The notes under the pieces are model-generated. The model saw only the letters and a list, made by a program, of their open reading frames with translations. It was not told the origin of the DNA and did not search any database. Below, in pieces: positions 30,428 through 39,301 of a stretch of DNA of 64,000 bases. Positions within the stretch are counted from its first letter, which is position 1; each line of letters opens with the position of its first letter. The stretch is from a virus. The stretch is taken from positions 25,753 to 89,752 of the IMG/VR virus record IMGVR_UViG_3300022198_002714; one strand, written 5' to 3'. The translations under genes and the position numbers were made by a program.

Positions 30428-31057
30428 TCATCGTCCTCCGGTAATAAAGGAGCGGGCGGTGTTGCCGATGAAGCCGCCCGCCTTCTCCACCATGCCTTGG
30501 TCCATTGCAGCAGCCAATGCTGAGTTCATCATGGACTGACTCGCCATGTTGTTGAGTTGCATTTGCTGCCCTTCAGCGTTCTGAATGTTCTGCTGTGCAG
30601 CGGACTGCAAAGCCGTAAAGTCAGCCTTGACGTTTTCAGCACTCATGGTCTGCAAATGCTGCGGCAAGGAGGTAATCTCCATTTTGAGACTACCATCGTC
30701 GTCGGCCACAAACACCGCATTCTTGAGAATCTCCAAGACCGAGAAAGAGACGATGTTGTTGAACATCTCAACCAAAACCCCCATTTGCGGGCTTGCAATA
30801 AATCGGTCCACCGGTACAATGCCACGAAGCAGCATGATTTGCATTTCAAGTTCACTCGGTGGAGCCATTGGCTGCTGTGGTACACCGGCACCGGTAGCAA
30901 AGGCTCCCATGGCTCCCATCTGTTGAGGTTGTTGTCCCCATGCTTGTTGTTGCGGCCACGGATTCTGTTGTGCGGGAATAGGTTGACCCCAACCGGTCAC
31001 TCCAAGACTCAACGAACCGCCCTGCGGTTGTGGTTGTTGACTGTTCAATCTAAGCAT
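30428..31057 (-). CDS. Gln/Met-rich protein
   Basis: Likely start MLRLNSQQ at 31057; coupled within the GTPase operon. Confidence 0.65.
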   Translation of the reverse strand: MLRLNSQQPQPQGGSLSLGVTGWGQPIPAQQNPWPQQQAWGQQPQQMGAMGAFATGAGVPQQPMAPPSELEMQIMLLRGIVPVDRFIASPQMGVLVEMFNNIVSFSVLEILKNAVFVADDDGSLKMEITSLPQHLQTMSAENVKADFTALQSAAQQNIQNAEGQQMQLNNMASQSMMNSALAAAMDQGMVEKAGGFIGNTARSFITGGR

Positions 31058-31058
31058 G

Positions 31059-31991
31059 TCACTCAACCACCGGAAGCATCTGTTGCTCATGAGGTTTTTC
31101 ACCGCTGAGCATGGATTGGAAAGCAGCGGTAGGTTGGTTTGCCATTGCTAACTCTTGTTGGAAAATCCGCAGGTCAAAGGCAATCATTGTCACGTCGTTC
31201 AAACCCGTAGCCGGGTTTTCGTAGTACATAATGGAGATACCCTTTGTCTTCTTGCTATCTTTTTCCAATTCAGCAAAAAACGGCTCGTACTTCTGCAAGA
31301 AGGATGGCGTAGGGTCCTTGACCTTAACCGCCGCTACGGGAACGGTCACCATTGAAACACCCTTCTTCATGCGGTCACGCAAACGTCGAGGGTTGGCCTC
31401 GCTTACCTTGTCTTCTTCAGCCTCCCACTTGCAAAGCAGGTGATAGAGGTGAAGATGCTCAGGGCAATAGGTACCTCGCATCTTGCGACCGCTTGTCACT
31501 TTGTCCTTGGCGACAAAGGCTTCAGCCTGTCCGGTAACGGGGTTTTTCCAATAGTACTCCCACAGGCTTACTCCGGTTTCATCATCCATGATTTTGTTGT
31601 ACAAATTGTCAACTTGAATAAGAGCGGCACAATCGCAGCCGTCAATAACACAGACGTGGGCTTGCTTGTCGTAGCGGTACTTACGACCCAAAAGGGTACG
31701 CACAGGGTTGAGCAGGTGTCGCTTGGTAGGTGTTAGCAAACGGTACGCTTGTCGAATGTCCTTTCTGCGAGCCTTTAGGGGGTCAGGATGGCGGCTTGGA
31801 TAGAAGTTGACTTTGGGGACTTGCAAATTGGCTCCGGCAGCAACTTCCTGCATAGCCGCTTGAGCCGTAGCCTGTGCCATCAACGCTTCGTGGGTTAGCA
31901 TAGAGTTGCCCTGTTGCGAAAGTGCGTACACGCTCGCCACGTTGAGGTCACCAAGGTTTTGCTGCGGTGCTTGACCACGAAACGGAATCAT
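31059..31991 (-). CDS. Hypothetical protein with split Zn site
   Basis: CVIDGCDC...YCPEH. Confidence 0.65.
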   Translation of the reverse strand: MIPFRGQAPQQNLGDLNVASVYALSQQGNSMLTHEALMAQATAQAAMQEVAAGANLQVPKVNFYPSRHPDPLKARRKDIRQAYRLLTPTKRHLLNPVRTLLGRKYRYDKQAHVCVIDGCDCAALIQVDNLYNKIMDDETGVSLWEYYWKNPVTGQAEAFVAKDKVTSGRKMRGTYCPEHLHLYHLLCKWEAEEDKVSEANPRRLRDRMKKGVSMVTVPVAAVKVKDPTPSFLQKYEPFFAELEKDSKKTKGISIMYYENPATGLNDVTMIAFDLRIFQQELAMANQPTAAFQSMLSGEKPHEQQMLPVVE

Positions 31992-32161
31992 TCTTCTTCC
32001 ACCACCCGCATGTGTGCCGAATACGTGTTTTCCTCACGAATGACGTTCCATTCAACGATGCTGCCCTTCTTCAATCGCATCAACTTAGCAATCCACAACG
32101 GAATTACAGTCCGAAGGGACTGACTTGCCGAGCCGACTGACGCTACTTTTGTTTTATCCAT
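31988..32161 (-). CDS. AbrB/MazE/SpoVT-type DNA-binding protein
   Basis: KVASVGSASQSLRTVIPLWIAKLMRLKKGSIVEW swapped-hairpin signature. Confidence 0.75.
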   Translation of the reverse strand: MDKTKVASVGSASQSLRTVIPLWIAKLMRLKKGSIVEWNVIREENTYSAHMRVVEEE

Positions 32162-32166
32162 GTTTC

Positions 32167-32883
32167 TCACACCGTCAACAGGTTGACCATTGTTGGTTCC
32201 ACGTTCCATCCAATTCGGGTCGCCATAAACGACCTGCGGGTTGGAATACCCGCTTTTTGCAAGCGAATAAGGTCATCTCGGAAGGGGTCGAAGATAGGAT
32301 GCTCTCCAATTCGCCCTTCAGCGTACAATTTGGCCGCAGTATCGTCAAAATACCGGTCAGCCTTGTTTGCAACAAGCATAATCAGACTTGGAGCGTATGA
32401 TTTACCGTTCCATCGGCTTTTGAGTGTCCGATATCGGTAATTTCGACCCGTAATTGCGTCAACAAGGAAGCGAAAGCCTGCAATTTGCTGAATGGCATCG
32501 TTTCCGCCCTTAATTGCTCGGTCATCAAACAAATAGACGACTGCACGGACTTGCCGGGACACCATATCGTCAATCCACAGGTTCCAAAACCGTTCTTGAC
32601 CACCAACGTCGGCAGAAAACACAACACGCTTCTCGCCTTCCCAACTTACACGCTTGCGAGAAGGTTTTGGCAGCAGGTAACGCCCGAGAATCTTGACATG
32701 TTCGGTCCGTTCCTCTTCAGGAATCTCTTCCATTTCCCCCGGAGTGGTCATGTAGCGGTCAAGGGTGGTTTTGCCGGTCAGTCCTGCACCGTAAATGCCG
32801 ACTTTGCGCGGCCTCCACGAATTGTACAGGCTCTTGCCCCACACCATTGCACCGACCAATGCGGTTCCCGCAGGCTCAACCAT
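32167..32883 (-). CDS. Small Ras-superfamily GTPase, Arf-like
   Basis: G1 GAGLTGKTT, G2 Thr (ERT), G3 DVGGQ, G4 NKAD, G5-like FMAT; N-terminal hydrophobic/amphipathic helix. Confidence 0.85.
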   Translation of the reverse strand: MVEPAGTALVGAMVWGKSLYNSWRPRKVGIYGAGLTGKTTLDRYMTTPGEMEEIPEEERTEHVKILGRYLLPKPSRKRVSWEGEKRVVFSADVGGQERFWNLWIDDMVSRQVRAVVYLFDDRAIKGGNDAIQQIAGFRFLVDAITGRNYRYRTLKSRWNGKSYAPSLIMLVANKADRYFDDTAAKLYAEGRIGEHPIFDPFRDDLIRLQKAGIPTRRSFMATRIGWNVEPTMVNLLTV

Positions 32884-33142
32884 TGACCCACCCCGTTAGC
32901 CAAGAAGCCAAATCGCCCATCTTGAGCCAAAACCACTTTACGGTGCTTTCCCATACGCTGCGGTCAGTTCTTAATTCGTACAGGCTTGTCATTAAGACGG
33001 CTATGCCGCTGAACACAAGTGTACGAATCCAACCAAGTCCTTTTTCGTAGTACGTGTCAAGGGTGTTTTGTGTATGCATTGCCCTCAAGGTGGCTTCCGT
33101 GGAATCATCCACGGGCGTCTTAAAGATTCGACCCATGTTCAC
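32876..33142 (-). CDS. Small membrane protein
   Basis: GLGWIRTLVFSGIAVLMTSLY TM plus Trp-rich amphipathic C-terminus. Confidence 0.65.
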   Translation of the reverse strand: MNMGRIFKTPVDDSTEATLRAMHTQNTLDTYYEKGLGWIRTLVFSGIAVLMTSLYELRTDRSVWESTVKWFWLKMGDLASWLTGWVNG

Positions 33143-33702
33143 TCGTCGTTTCTATACCGCTTGTCAGGCGTGCCGTCTTTTTTCAACGGCACTTCTTCCT
33201 TGACGCCAAGATTGACAGGTTGATTGACTTCAGCAGTATGCTTGGGTGCGCCTGTCATTTGTGCCATGTCGTACTGACTCACCAACGACGGTGCGCCTCC
33301 TTGGACACCCCAACTTGGAGGCATCTGACCGGGGTTGGCTTCCATCCACCGCAGTTCACGCTCAAGTTGGGCTTCCTGCATCCGCAGTTCCATCTCAGCG
33401 CGTCGGTTGTCGAAGGTGTTCTGCATGTTGCGGAAACGGTACTGCCGCTCTCGCTCCATGTTGGTTGCCGCAACACGTTCCTGCATGTTCTGCTCAAAGA
33501 ACATCTTGAACACGTAGTAGGCAACGCCCTGCACAAAGAATGCGGCCATGGCGTAGGTGAAACCGTTCACCCACGCATCATCGTTGTTCAGCCACATGCC
33601 TGCATCAAACAGGCCAATGGCAAGTCCGACAAGGGCTGACTGCGAGATAATCAGACCCATCAGACGAATCTCGGCTTCGTTGGACTGAGGCATAGAGGAC
33701 AT
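33139..33702 (-). CDS. Two-TM membrane protein with cytoplasmic coiled coil
   Basis: Two hydrophobic helices, then MERERQ...ELRMQEAQLEREL; first gene of the operon. Confidence 0.7.
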   Translation of the reverse strand: MSSMPQSNEAEIRLMGLIISQSALVGLAIGLFDAGMWLNNDDAWVNGFTYAMAAFFVQGVAYYVFKMFFEQNMQERVAATNMERERQYRFRNMQNTFDNRRAEMELRMQEAQLERELRWMEANPGQMPPSWGVQGGAPSLVSQYDMAQMTGAPKHTAEVNQPVNLGVKEEVPLKKDGTPDKRYRNDE

Positions 33703-33752
33703 GCTGCTCAGGCTTGGTCACAGGAATGGTCATCTTAAGGCTTGCGAGTCAA

Positions 33753-33909
33753 TAGTCACTTTTGTCACCACTTACTTCACCAAAATGAGTATTCACCATT
33801 GTACTCTTACACTCTCTCTATTTATTGAGAGTAGTACCTATGAAATAATGACAACTCGTTTTGTCATTTACATGAGTAAGGTGGTGACAAAAGTGACAAA
33901 AGTGACTAC
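33753..33909. other. Palindromic non-coding element A (origin-like)
   Basis: 17-bp perfect IR GTCACTTTTGTCACCAC (33755-33771)/GTGGTGACAAAAGTGAC (33881-33897), 9-bp GTGACAAAA periodicity, AT-rich core shared with 43212-43247. Confidence 0.6.
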
Positions 33910-35438
33910 TCCACTTTGTCAATCTGCCTCAACGTACCACGATTCTTGAAATGACGGGCACGGTTGTCGTGTTCACTTTCGAGGGTCAGTTTGTTACCTT
34001 GAGTGTGGCTCACGTCCATGTGGTCGTGGCTTCCCATAATTCCACGGCGACGACGCTCACGGTTGAGTTCTTCACGGTACTTGACGCGCTCAGGAGAAGA
34101 TTCGTACTGTTTGTCGTATTCCAACTTGTGCCGCATGGCTTCGGGACTTACACGCTCTTTGAGCAACCGCATAGCGATGTCCATTGGTTCGCCTGTTTGA
34201 ACTTCTTGTGGTGTATAATATACAGAATAAATAGTAGGGTTTTCTTCCGTACCCCATTTACCTCTATGAATAGGGGTCGCTCCCTGCCTTTTATCAAAGT
34301 CATCCCACACCTCTTGGTGCAATTGTTCGGCTGAGCAATTAGGATTTATTGATAGATTGCACATATCAGTAAATCCTTCAAAATGAACAGTATGGTCACC
34401 TAATCTTTCAACACCTGTATCATCCGGTGTTAATTGATTAAGAAATGCCTCAACATGTTGTAGTGGGTTATCATCTTTAAGCAGACGGAAGGCCAAGTCC
34501 ATTGGACTTGCACTCATCTGAATGTCACCATACTGCGGTTGCGACATGTCAAAGCCCTGTCCAACTTGCTTTGCAGCCATGGCAGGATGCATGCCGCCCT
34601 GCACAAGTTGCGTAAATTGGTCGTAGTGCATAGGGTGAACGTCGTACATGTTTGCCGTGTTGAGTTCAAACTGCTCTCGCGCAGGAGCGGTGGGGTCACG
34701 CGCGTACTGCAAAATCTGCTGAAGTTCGTCCTGTGGTGGGGGACGAGGTTCTTGATATGACATGTTGGTACCGCTTACTCCGGTTTTTCGCCTTAAATTG
34801 AGCAACAATTCTTCCAATTCGTCACTTTTAGGTTGGCTTTCAGTCCTTGTAGGCCCTCCAATCAAAACAGGTAAAGCATCAGCAGCAATTTTTTTCTGTG
34901 CATAAGTACTCAAATGGTCCAAAGGAGTACGATAACCGAAGTTTTCATACGGATTTTTCAAACTACTAAAGGTGGTACCTACACTACTGTCATAGAGTTC
35001 GGCTTTTTCCGGCTCAACATACCTTGACAAAAAATTGGACATTGCTTGCCTCATTGCATCACGGTATTGTTTTGCATTTGCTTCTTGCAATTCTTTTTCC
35101 TTTGCTTCTATGTCCAAAGTGTAATCTGCGTTTTGCAAAGCATCAAGCGTAGCACGCCAATTTTTCATCGCTTTAGACTGTTCACGAAGTGCTTGCTGCG
35201 ATGGAAGCATCCTTTCAGTTTCCGGCGTGGTCACCAAAGGCTCAAACTTGGATGACAAATCTTGGACTGAAACATCTTTCTGATTTATGCGGTCTCTAAA
35301 CACTCCATTAGTTGCTTGCGCCGATAAGTCGTTTTGTGCGTAAATAGCCTGAAGGAGAGCCTTTAGGCGGGCAACGTGTTCGTCAGATGATAGGGGCATC
35401 TGTGCCGCATCAGCAAGTTTCTCGCTAAATGAAGGCAT
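33906..35438 (-). CDS. Modular protein with two tags; last module HNH-like
   Basis: PMDLAFRLLK and PMDIAMRLLK; C-terminal KYREELNRERRRRG...DVSH...DNRAR resembles small phage HNH-like proteins. Likely start MPSFSEK at 35438. Confidence 0.7.
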   Translation of the reverse strand: MPSFSEKLADAAQMPLSSDEHVARLKALLQAIYAQNDLSAQATNGVFRDRINQKDVSVQDLSSKFEPLVTTPETERMLPSQQALREQSKAMKNWRATLDALQNADYTLDIEAKEKELQEANAKQYRDAMRQAMSNFLSRYVEPEKAELYDSSVGTTFSSLKNPYENFGYRTPLDHLSTYAQKKIAADALPVLIGGPTRTESQPKSDELEELLLNLRRKTGVSGTNMSYQEPRPPPQDELQQILQYARDPTAPAREQFELNTANMYDVHPMHYDQFTQLVQGGMHPAMAAKQVGQGFDMSQPQYGDIQMSASPMDLAFRLLKDDNPLQHVEAFLNQLTPDDTGVERLGDHTVHFEGFTDMCNLSINPNCSAEQLHQEVWDDFDKRQGATPIHRGKWGTEENPTIYSVYYTPQEVQTGEPMDIAMRLLKERVSPEAMRHKLEYDKQYESSPERVKYREELNRERRRRGIMGSHDHMDVSHTQGNKLTLESEHDNRARHFKNRGTLRQIDKVE

Positions 35439-35439
35439 A

Positions 35440-36765
35440 TCAATACGTCCTAAGTTTCTTGTACGCAGCAAGCGCAGATTCTATCATTTCAGGAGACAAT
35501 TTATCCAAACCTTGTGGGAACGAGCCATGCCTCATGATACCAAGTGGTGTGTTACTGTATATTGCTTTTGATGCCAACTGACCCGGAATGAACTCTATAT
35601 TCGATGTAATCTCTTTAACCGATTTATCGTCTGCCTGACGCCTCATAGCATCAATCAACTCAAGTTTTTCTTCGGTCGTCATCTCACGACCTCCGGGTTG
35701 AAGGGGAAAACCTTCCTTGTCGTACGCTCCTTCAAGTGCAGGATGAATGGCGGACATTGGAAATTGCGAAGCGTATTCTCGCCATGCTGCTTGTTGTGGA
35801 CTGACTATTGTTTTGTAAGGATTATCCCTTCTATCAAGCGGATTCAATCTTCGTAGCCTCTCTTCAATTGCTGTTGGCTGCATTCGTTCATATGTCATCC
35901 AATCCGTATCTTCAGACTTAATTCTCCAATTTGTTGCATTAGGCGTATCGCTTTTCCATGAACCACTTGCACGTAAAGGCGTCAAACGACTGTTATCAAT
36001 GGGTGTCATCGCTACGTATTCGGCGGACTCACCCCCCTTGAATCGTGGCCGTTCTTGTACCAAATCTCCGGGGTAAAACCCAAGGCCGCGAACGCCAAAC
36101 AGATTTTCTTTCTTTTCAGAAAGAACCTCATTCATTTCTTTTACATTGGGTGGAACAAGAAACTGCATGGGCATGCCTTCTTCTGTCTTATATCTGTAAG
36201 GTAAAGGGTTGCTCACGTTTTCCTCATAAGAACCAACGTAACTTCGTCCACTCATAGGGATGAGTTGACCACCGGGAGTGGTCATGACACGCGATGCAAT
36301 GTCTCCTGTGAAGCGGTATGCGTTGATGGGTGGGATTGAGCCGGGAATTACCGTGTTGGTCTGCGGGTCAAGCCACCGCTCGGTGGTCAAACCCGGAATC
36401 AGTTGCGGTAGTTTCATCTGCGTGGTAAAACGCACGTTGGGCGGGCTTTCCCTACCGGCTTCCCAAAGCATACTGTTTGGGTCAAAATCAGCCTGAGCAT
36501 TCGCTTCGCCTATGTTGAGAATATCTCTCACGGTATTACCGTAAGTGTAGCCAAAATCCGGACGGCGGGTAAAATCATCAGGGTCAATTGAGTCTTCATA
36601 CACCGTTTCCATGGTCGGAAACTCAAGCGATTCAGTAGGAACGTGAATGGGACCTAAGTACTCACCCCTGTACCTGTTGCGCGGATTTTCAGGAAAACCA
36701 AAGTCGCCGGTAAGGGTCGTTTGCCGCTTCAGCAAACGCCATGCCGACTCCATTGGGTCCAACAC
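35440..36765 (-). CDS. N-terminally tagged protein, possible ADP-ribosyltransferase-like domain
   Basis: Starts MLDPMESAWRLLKR; AYR...SYVGS...ESAEYV..TPI in R-S-E order (weak). Confidence 0.6.
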   Translation of the reverse strand: MLDPMESAWRLLKRQTTLTGDFGFPENPRNRYRGEYLGPIHVPTESLEFPTMETVYEDSIDPDDFTRRPDFGYTYGNTVRDILNIGEANAQADFDPNSMLWEAGRESPPNVRFTTQMKLPQLIPGLTTERWLDPQTNTVIPGSIPPINAYRFTGDIASRVMTTPGGQLIPMSGRSYVGSYEENVSNPLPYRYKTEEGMPMQFLVPPNVKEMNEVLSEKKENLFGVRGLGFYPGDLVQERPRFKGGESAEYVAMTPIDNSRLTPLRASGSWKSDTPNATNWRIKSEDTDWMTYERMQPTAIEERLRRLNPLDRRDNPYKTIVSPQQAAWREYASQFPMSAIHPALEGAYDKEGFPLQPGGREMTTEEKLELIDAMRRQADDKSVKEITSNIEFIPGQLASKAIYSNTPLGIMRHGSFPQGLDKLSPEMIESALAAYKKLRTY

Positions 36766-36766
36766 T

Positions 36767-37714
36767 TCACCTCAGCATTTTGAGCATGCGCCATGCAAGG
36801 TCCATTGGATGCCCGGTTTGCACGGTACCGTTCATCTCGTCCCAAACACGTTGTTCGTACTGACGCTGAAGGACTGAAGGATGGGTCTGAGGGTTTGCAA
36901 TCTGCTTGTTTTCCAAGAAAACTTCACCGGTATCGGGGCACGAAATGGTGTGCATCTGCCCCAAGTAGTCGTGACCGGGCACAAGGGGTTGCGATTCAAT
37001 GGTCAAGTCGCTTGGTCGAGGCTGACCTTGCAGGCTACGCATAGTACGCTGCTTGTCGGCTTCTTCTTGCGCAAGTCGCTTCGCATTGTTAGCCACTTTT
37101 GTTTCATAGGCACGCCTGCCTGCGTCCGAGCGCACCTGTGCAGCCTCTTGAGCAAGCCGCTGCCGCTGCATCTCAATGGCCTCACCCATACCGCGCTGCT
37201 CTTCGTTGGTCAACACGGTTGGACTGTTAACCTTGGTTGTGGCAATGTTTTGCTTGACTTGCTGTTCGGTTTGCCACTCTTCGTCGGTTTGCTCTTTTTC
37301 ACGGAAGTTCTTCTTGCTACTTGAGGGAGCCATCATTTCAAACTCGCGCTCGTAATCCTTTTTGGCCTGTACGGGCTTCTTGATGGTTGAAGCAATGGGC
37401 TTGACTATTCTTTGCTGCTCGAACCGCTTCTCCTTGGCCTTCTGTTGATTGTGCCGTTTGGCTTTTAACATCAACAAAAAATCCCATGCAAGGTCCATTG
37501 GCTCGCCGGTCTGAATCTCAGCACCCTGCTTGGCCTGTTCAGCGGCCTGTTGCGCTTCGGCTACCTGTTGGTCCTTGCGCTTTTCACCGCCCATCATTGC
37601 ACCAAGGCCTGATGTTGCCGCACCAATCGCGGCTTGACCCTGTGGGCTTGCAGCAGCAGTAGCCGCTTTACCGGCAGCAGCGGCAATCGGTGCAGCAACC
37701 GCAGGCAAAGGCAT
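36767..37714 (-). CDS. Ala/Gln-rich protein with two tags
   Basis: QTGEPMDLAWDFLLMLK and C-terminal QTGHPMDLAWRMLK. Confidence 0.7.
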   Translation of the reverse strand: MPLPAVAAPIAAAAGKAATAAASPQGQAAIGAATSGLGAMMGGEKRKDQQVAEAQQAAEQAKQGAEIQTGEPMDLAWDFLLMLKAKRHNQQKAKEKRFEQQRIVKPIASTIKKPVQAKKDYEREFEMMAPSSSKKNFREKEQTDEEWQTEQQVKQNIATTKVNSPTVLTNEEQRGMGEAIEMQRQRLAQEAAQVRSDAGRRAYETKVANNAKRLAQEEADKQRTMRSLQGQPRPSDLTIESQPLVPGHDYLGQMHTISCPDTGEVFLENKQIANPQTHPSVLQRQYEQRVWDEMNGTVQTGHPMDLAWRMLKMLR

Positions 37715-37739
37715 ACTTGTCGCAGAAGGTCATAGGTTT

Positions 37740-38585
37740 TCAACAATGCGTAGTGCAGACTTCCGGCTGAGGGTTCCGCAATCCGTACGCCAATTCGCTT
37801 GCTGAGCGCAGTAATCCAGTATCTATGCCGGTTTTGAAACCCCATGCGTGCAAATGATTCACAAGCGTTTCAGTTGACAAATTGGCTCCGCTGCCTTTAG
37901 CAAACGGGCAACCGCCGAGTCCGCCGATGCTGCTATCGAACTCAGTCACACCTTCAAGCAACGCTTTGCGCACCAACATGAGCGCACGCTCTTCCTTGTC
38001 ACGGTGGTGCAGGTGCAGCGCGACGTTCAATCCCTCATCGCGGGCCATTTCCACCATCCACGGCAATTCGTGCGGCGCAGCCGCGCCCACGGTGTCAGCA
38101 AAAACCACGGTGTTACCAAACATTTTGGCGTCACGTAAGCATGAGCGCATGGTGTTCTCGCTGACAAGCCCGCTATCAGGGCTACCAAACGCCATCGAGA
38201 GGTACACGCGCACGTTTTCCTTGGGTACATCTTGCATAAACGTGCGGTACCGTAGCACAATTTCATCCCGCGTAGCACGCATGTTGTTGAGGTTGAACGT
38301 CTCGCACGGCGAAAATACCACATTGATTTTTTCCACGCCGCAGGCTTTGGCTCGCTGCATGCCGTGTGCATTCATGACCAACGCCGAGCCACGACCGCTG
38401 AACACTTCTTCGCCGTTTGCCATCTGCGGCAGCAGTTTTGGATTCGGAAAACTAACCTCTTCGATGTTGTCGAATCCGGCCACGTACAGGCGGTGAATCA
38501 ATTCGCGCCGCTGCTCCACCGGCACCACGTGCGGCAGGGCTTGAAGTCCGTCTCTTGGGCCAACTTCGTACACCGTCACACGCAT
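37740..38585 (-). CDS. hmgL: Hydroxymethylglutaryl-CoA lyase (DRE-TIM family), auxiliary metabolic gene
   Basis: EVGPRDGLQ, ADTVG, LHLH, DSSIGGLGGCPFAKGSGANLSTE; TTAAAT box 22 nt upstream. Confidence 0.9.
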   Translation of the reverse strand: MRVTVYEVGPRDGLQALPHVVPVEQRRELIHRLYVAGFDNIEEVSFPNPKLLPQMANGEEVFSGRGSALVMNAHGMQRAKACGVEKINVVFSPCETFNLNNMRATRDEIVLRYRTFMQDVPKENVRVYLSMAFGSPDSGLVSENTMRSCLRDAKMFGNTVVFADTVGAAAPHELPWMVEMARDEGLNVALHLHHRDKEERALMLVRKALLEGVTEFDSSIGGLGGCPFAKGSGANLSTETLVNHLHAWGFKTGIDTGLLRSASELAYGLRNPQPEVCTTHC

Positions 38586-38622
38586 GACGACAGGAGTGTC
38601 GGTGCGGATTTAACACCGCCGG

Positions 38623-39294
38623 TCAGTTACCCCATAAGCGTTGCAAATACGCAATACGGTCATCACCGTCGGGGATTTTGATTTGCCCATCGTTTGAAAA
38701 TATGGTTTGTCGGTAATCGGGGTTAGTCTCAGGTTCCTGAAGAAGAGTATTTTTGGGAATAGATTCAACTTGATTTGTTGACTGTTCTTGTTGTATTGGC
38801 AACGCAATACGATGCGGGCCGCGTAAATCGCCCCATTTCAGTTCGGTACGATTAGGCATGTACGTTACTACATCAGACGGTAGCAACTCTTCCCTATCCG
38901 GTTTTTGCACAGTAACATCGCGTATGTTTTGACTCAAGTTTTGATGGAAAGGATTGGAGTTTTGGTTTCGCGCATCGCTTCTTATTCCATATCCATGATG
39001 AATCAGATTTTCAAGCAAGGCTCGGTAGTGTCCTTGTCTGCGTTGGCGAAGCGGAGTTCCCGCTTCACCAATTTGGTTGAGTTCATCACGTCTCAGTCTT
39101 TCAGGAAATGTGACGCTTGATAGGTGTTGTCCATCTTGACCAATCAATCTTGCTATGGTTTTTTGGTCATTCAATTCAATGTGTGAAGGAATAATTCGCT
39201 TTCTATGGAAGGAGTAAGGTAAAGGTGCATCCATAAAGTCCGACAATTTTTTTTGCCTTTTCAGCAAGAGCCAAGACTGCTCAAAAGGACTCAT
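38623..39294 (-). CDS. N-terminally tagged protein, possible GNAT acetyltransferase
   Basis: Start MSPFEQSWLLLKR after GGTGA; TPLRQRRQGHYRALL resembles the acetyl-CoA-binding motif A. Confidence 0.55.
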   Translation of the reverse strand: MSPFEQSWLLLKRQKKLSDFMDAPLPYSFHRKRIIPSHIELNDQKTIARLIGQDGQHLSSVTFPERLRRDELNQIGEAGTPLRQRRQGHYRALLENLIHHGYGIRSDARNQNSNPFHQNLSQNIRDVTVQKPDREELLPSDVVTYMPNRTELKWGDLRGPHRIALPIQQEQSTNQVESIPKNTLLQEPETNPDYRQTIFSNDGQIKIPDGDDRIAYLQRLWGN

Positions 39295-39301
39295 ACAAAC
39301 A

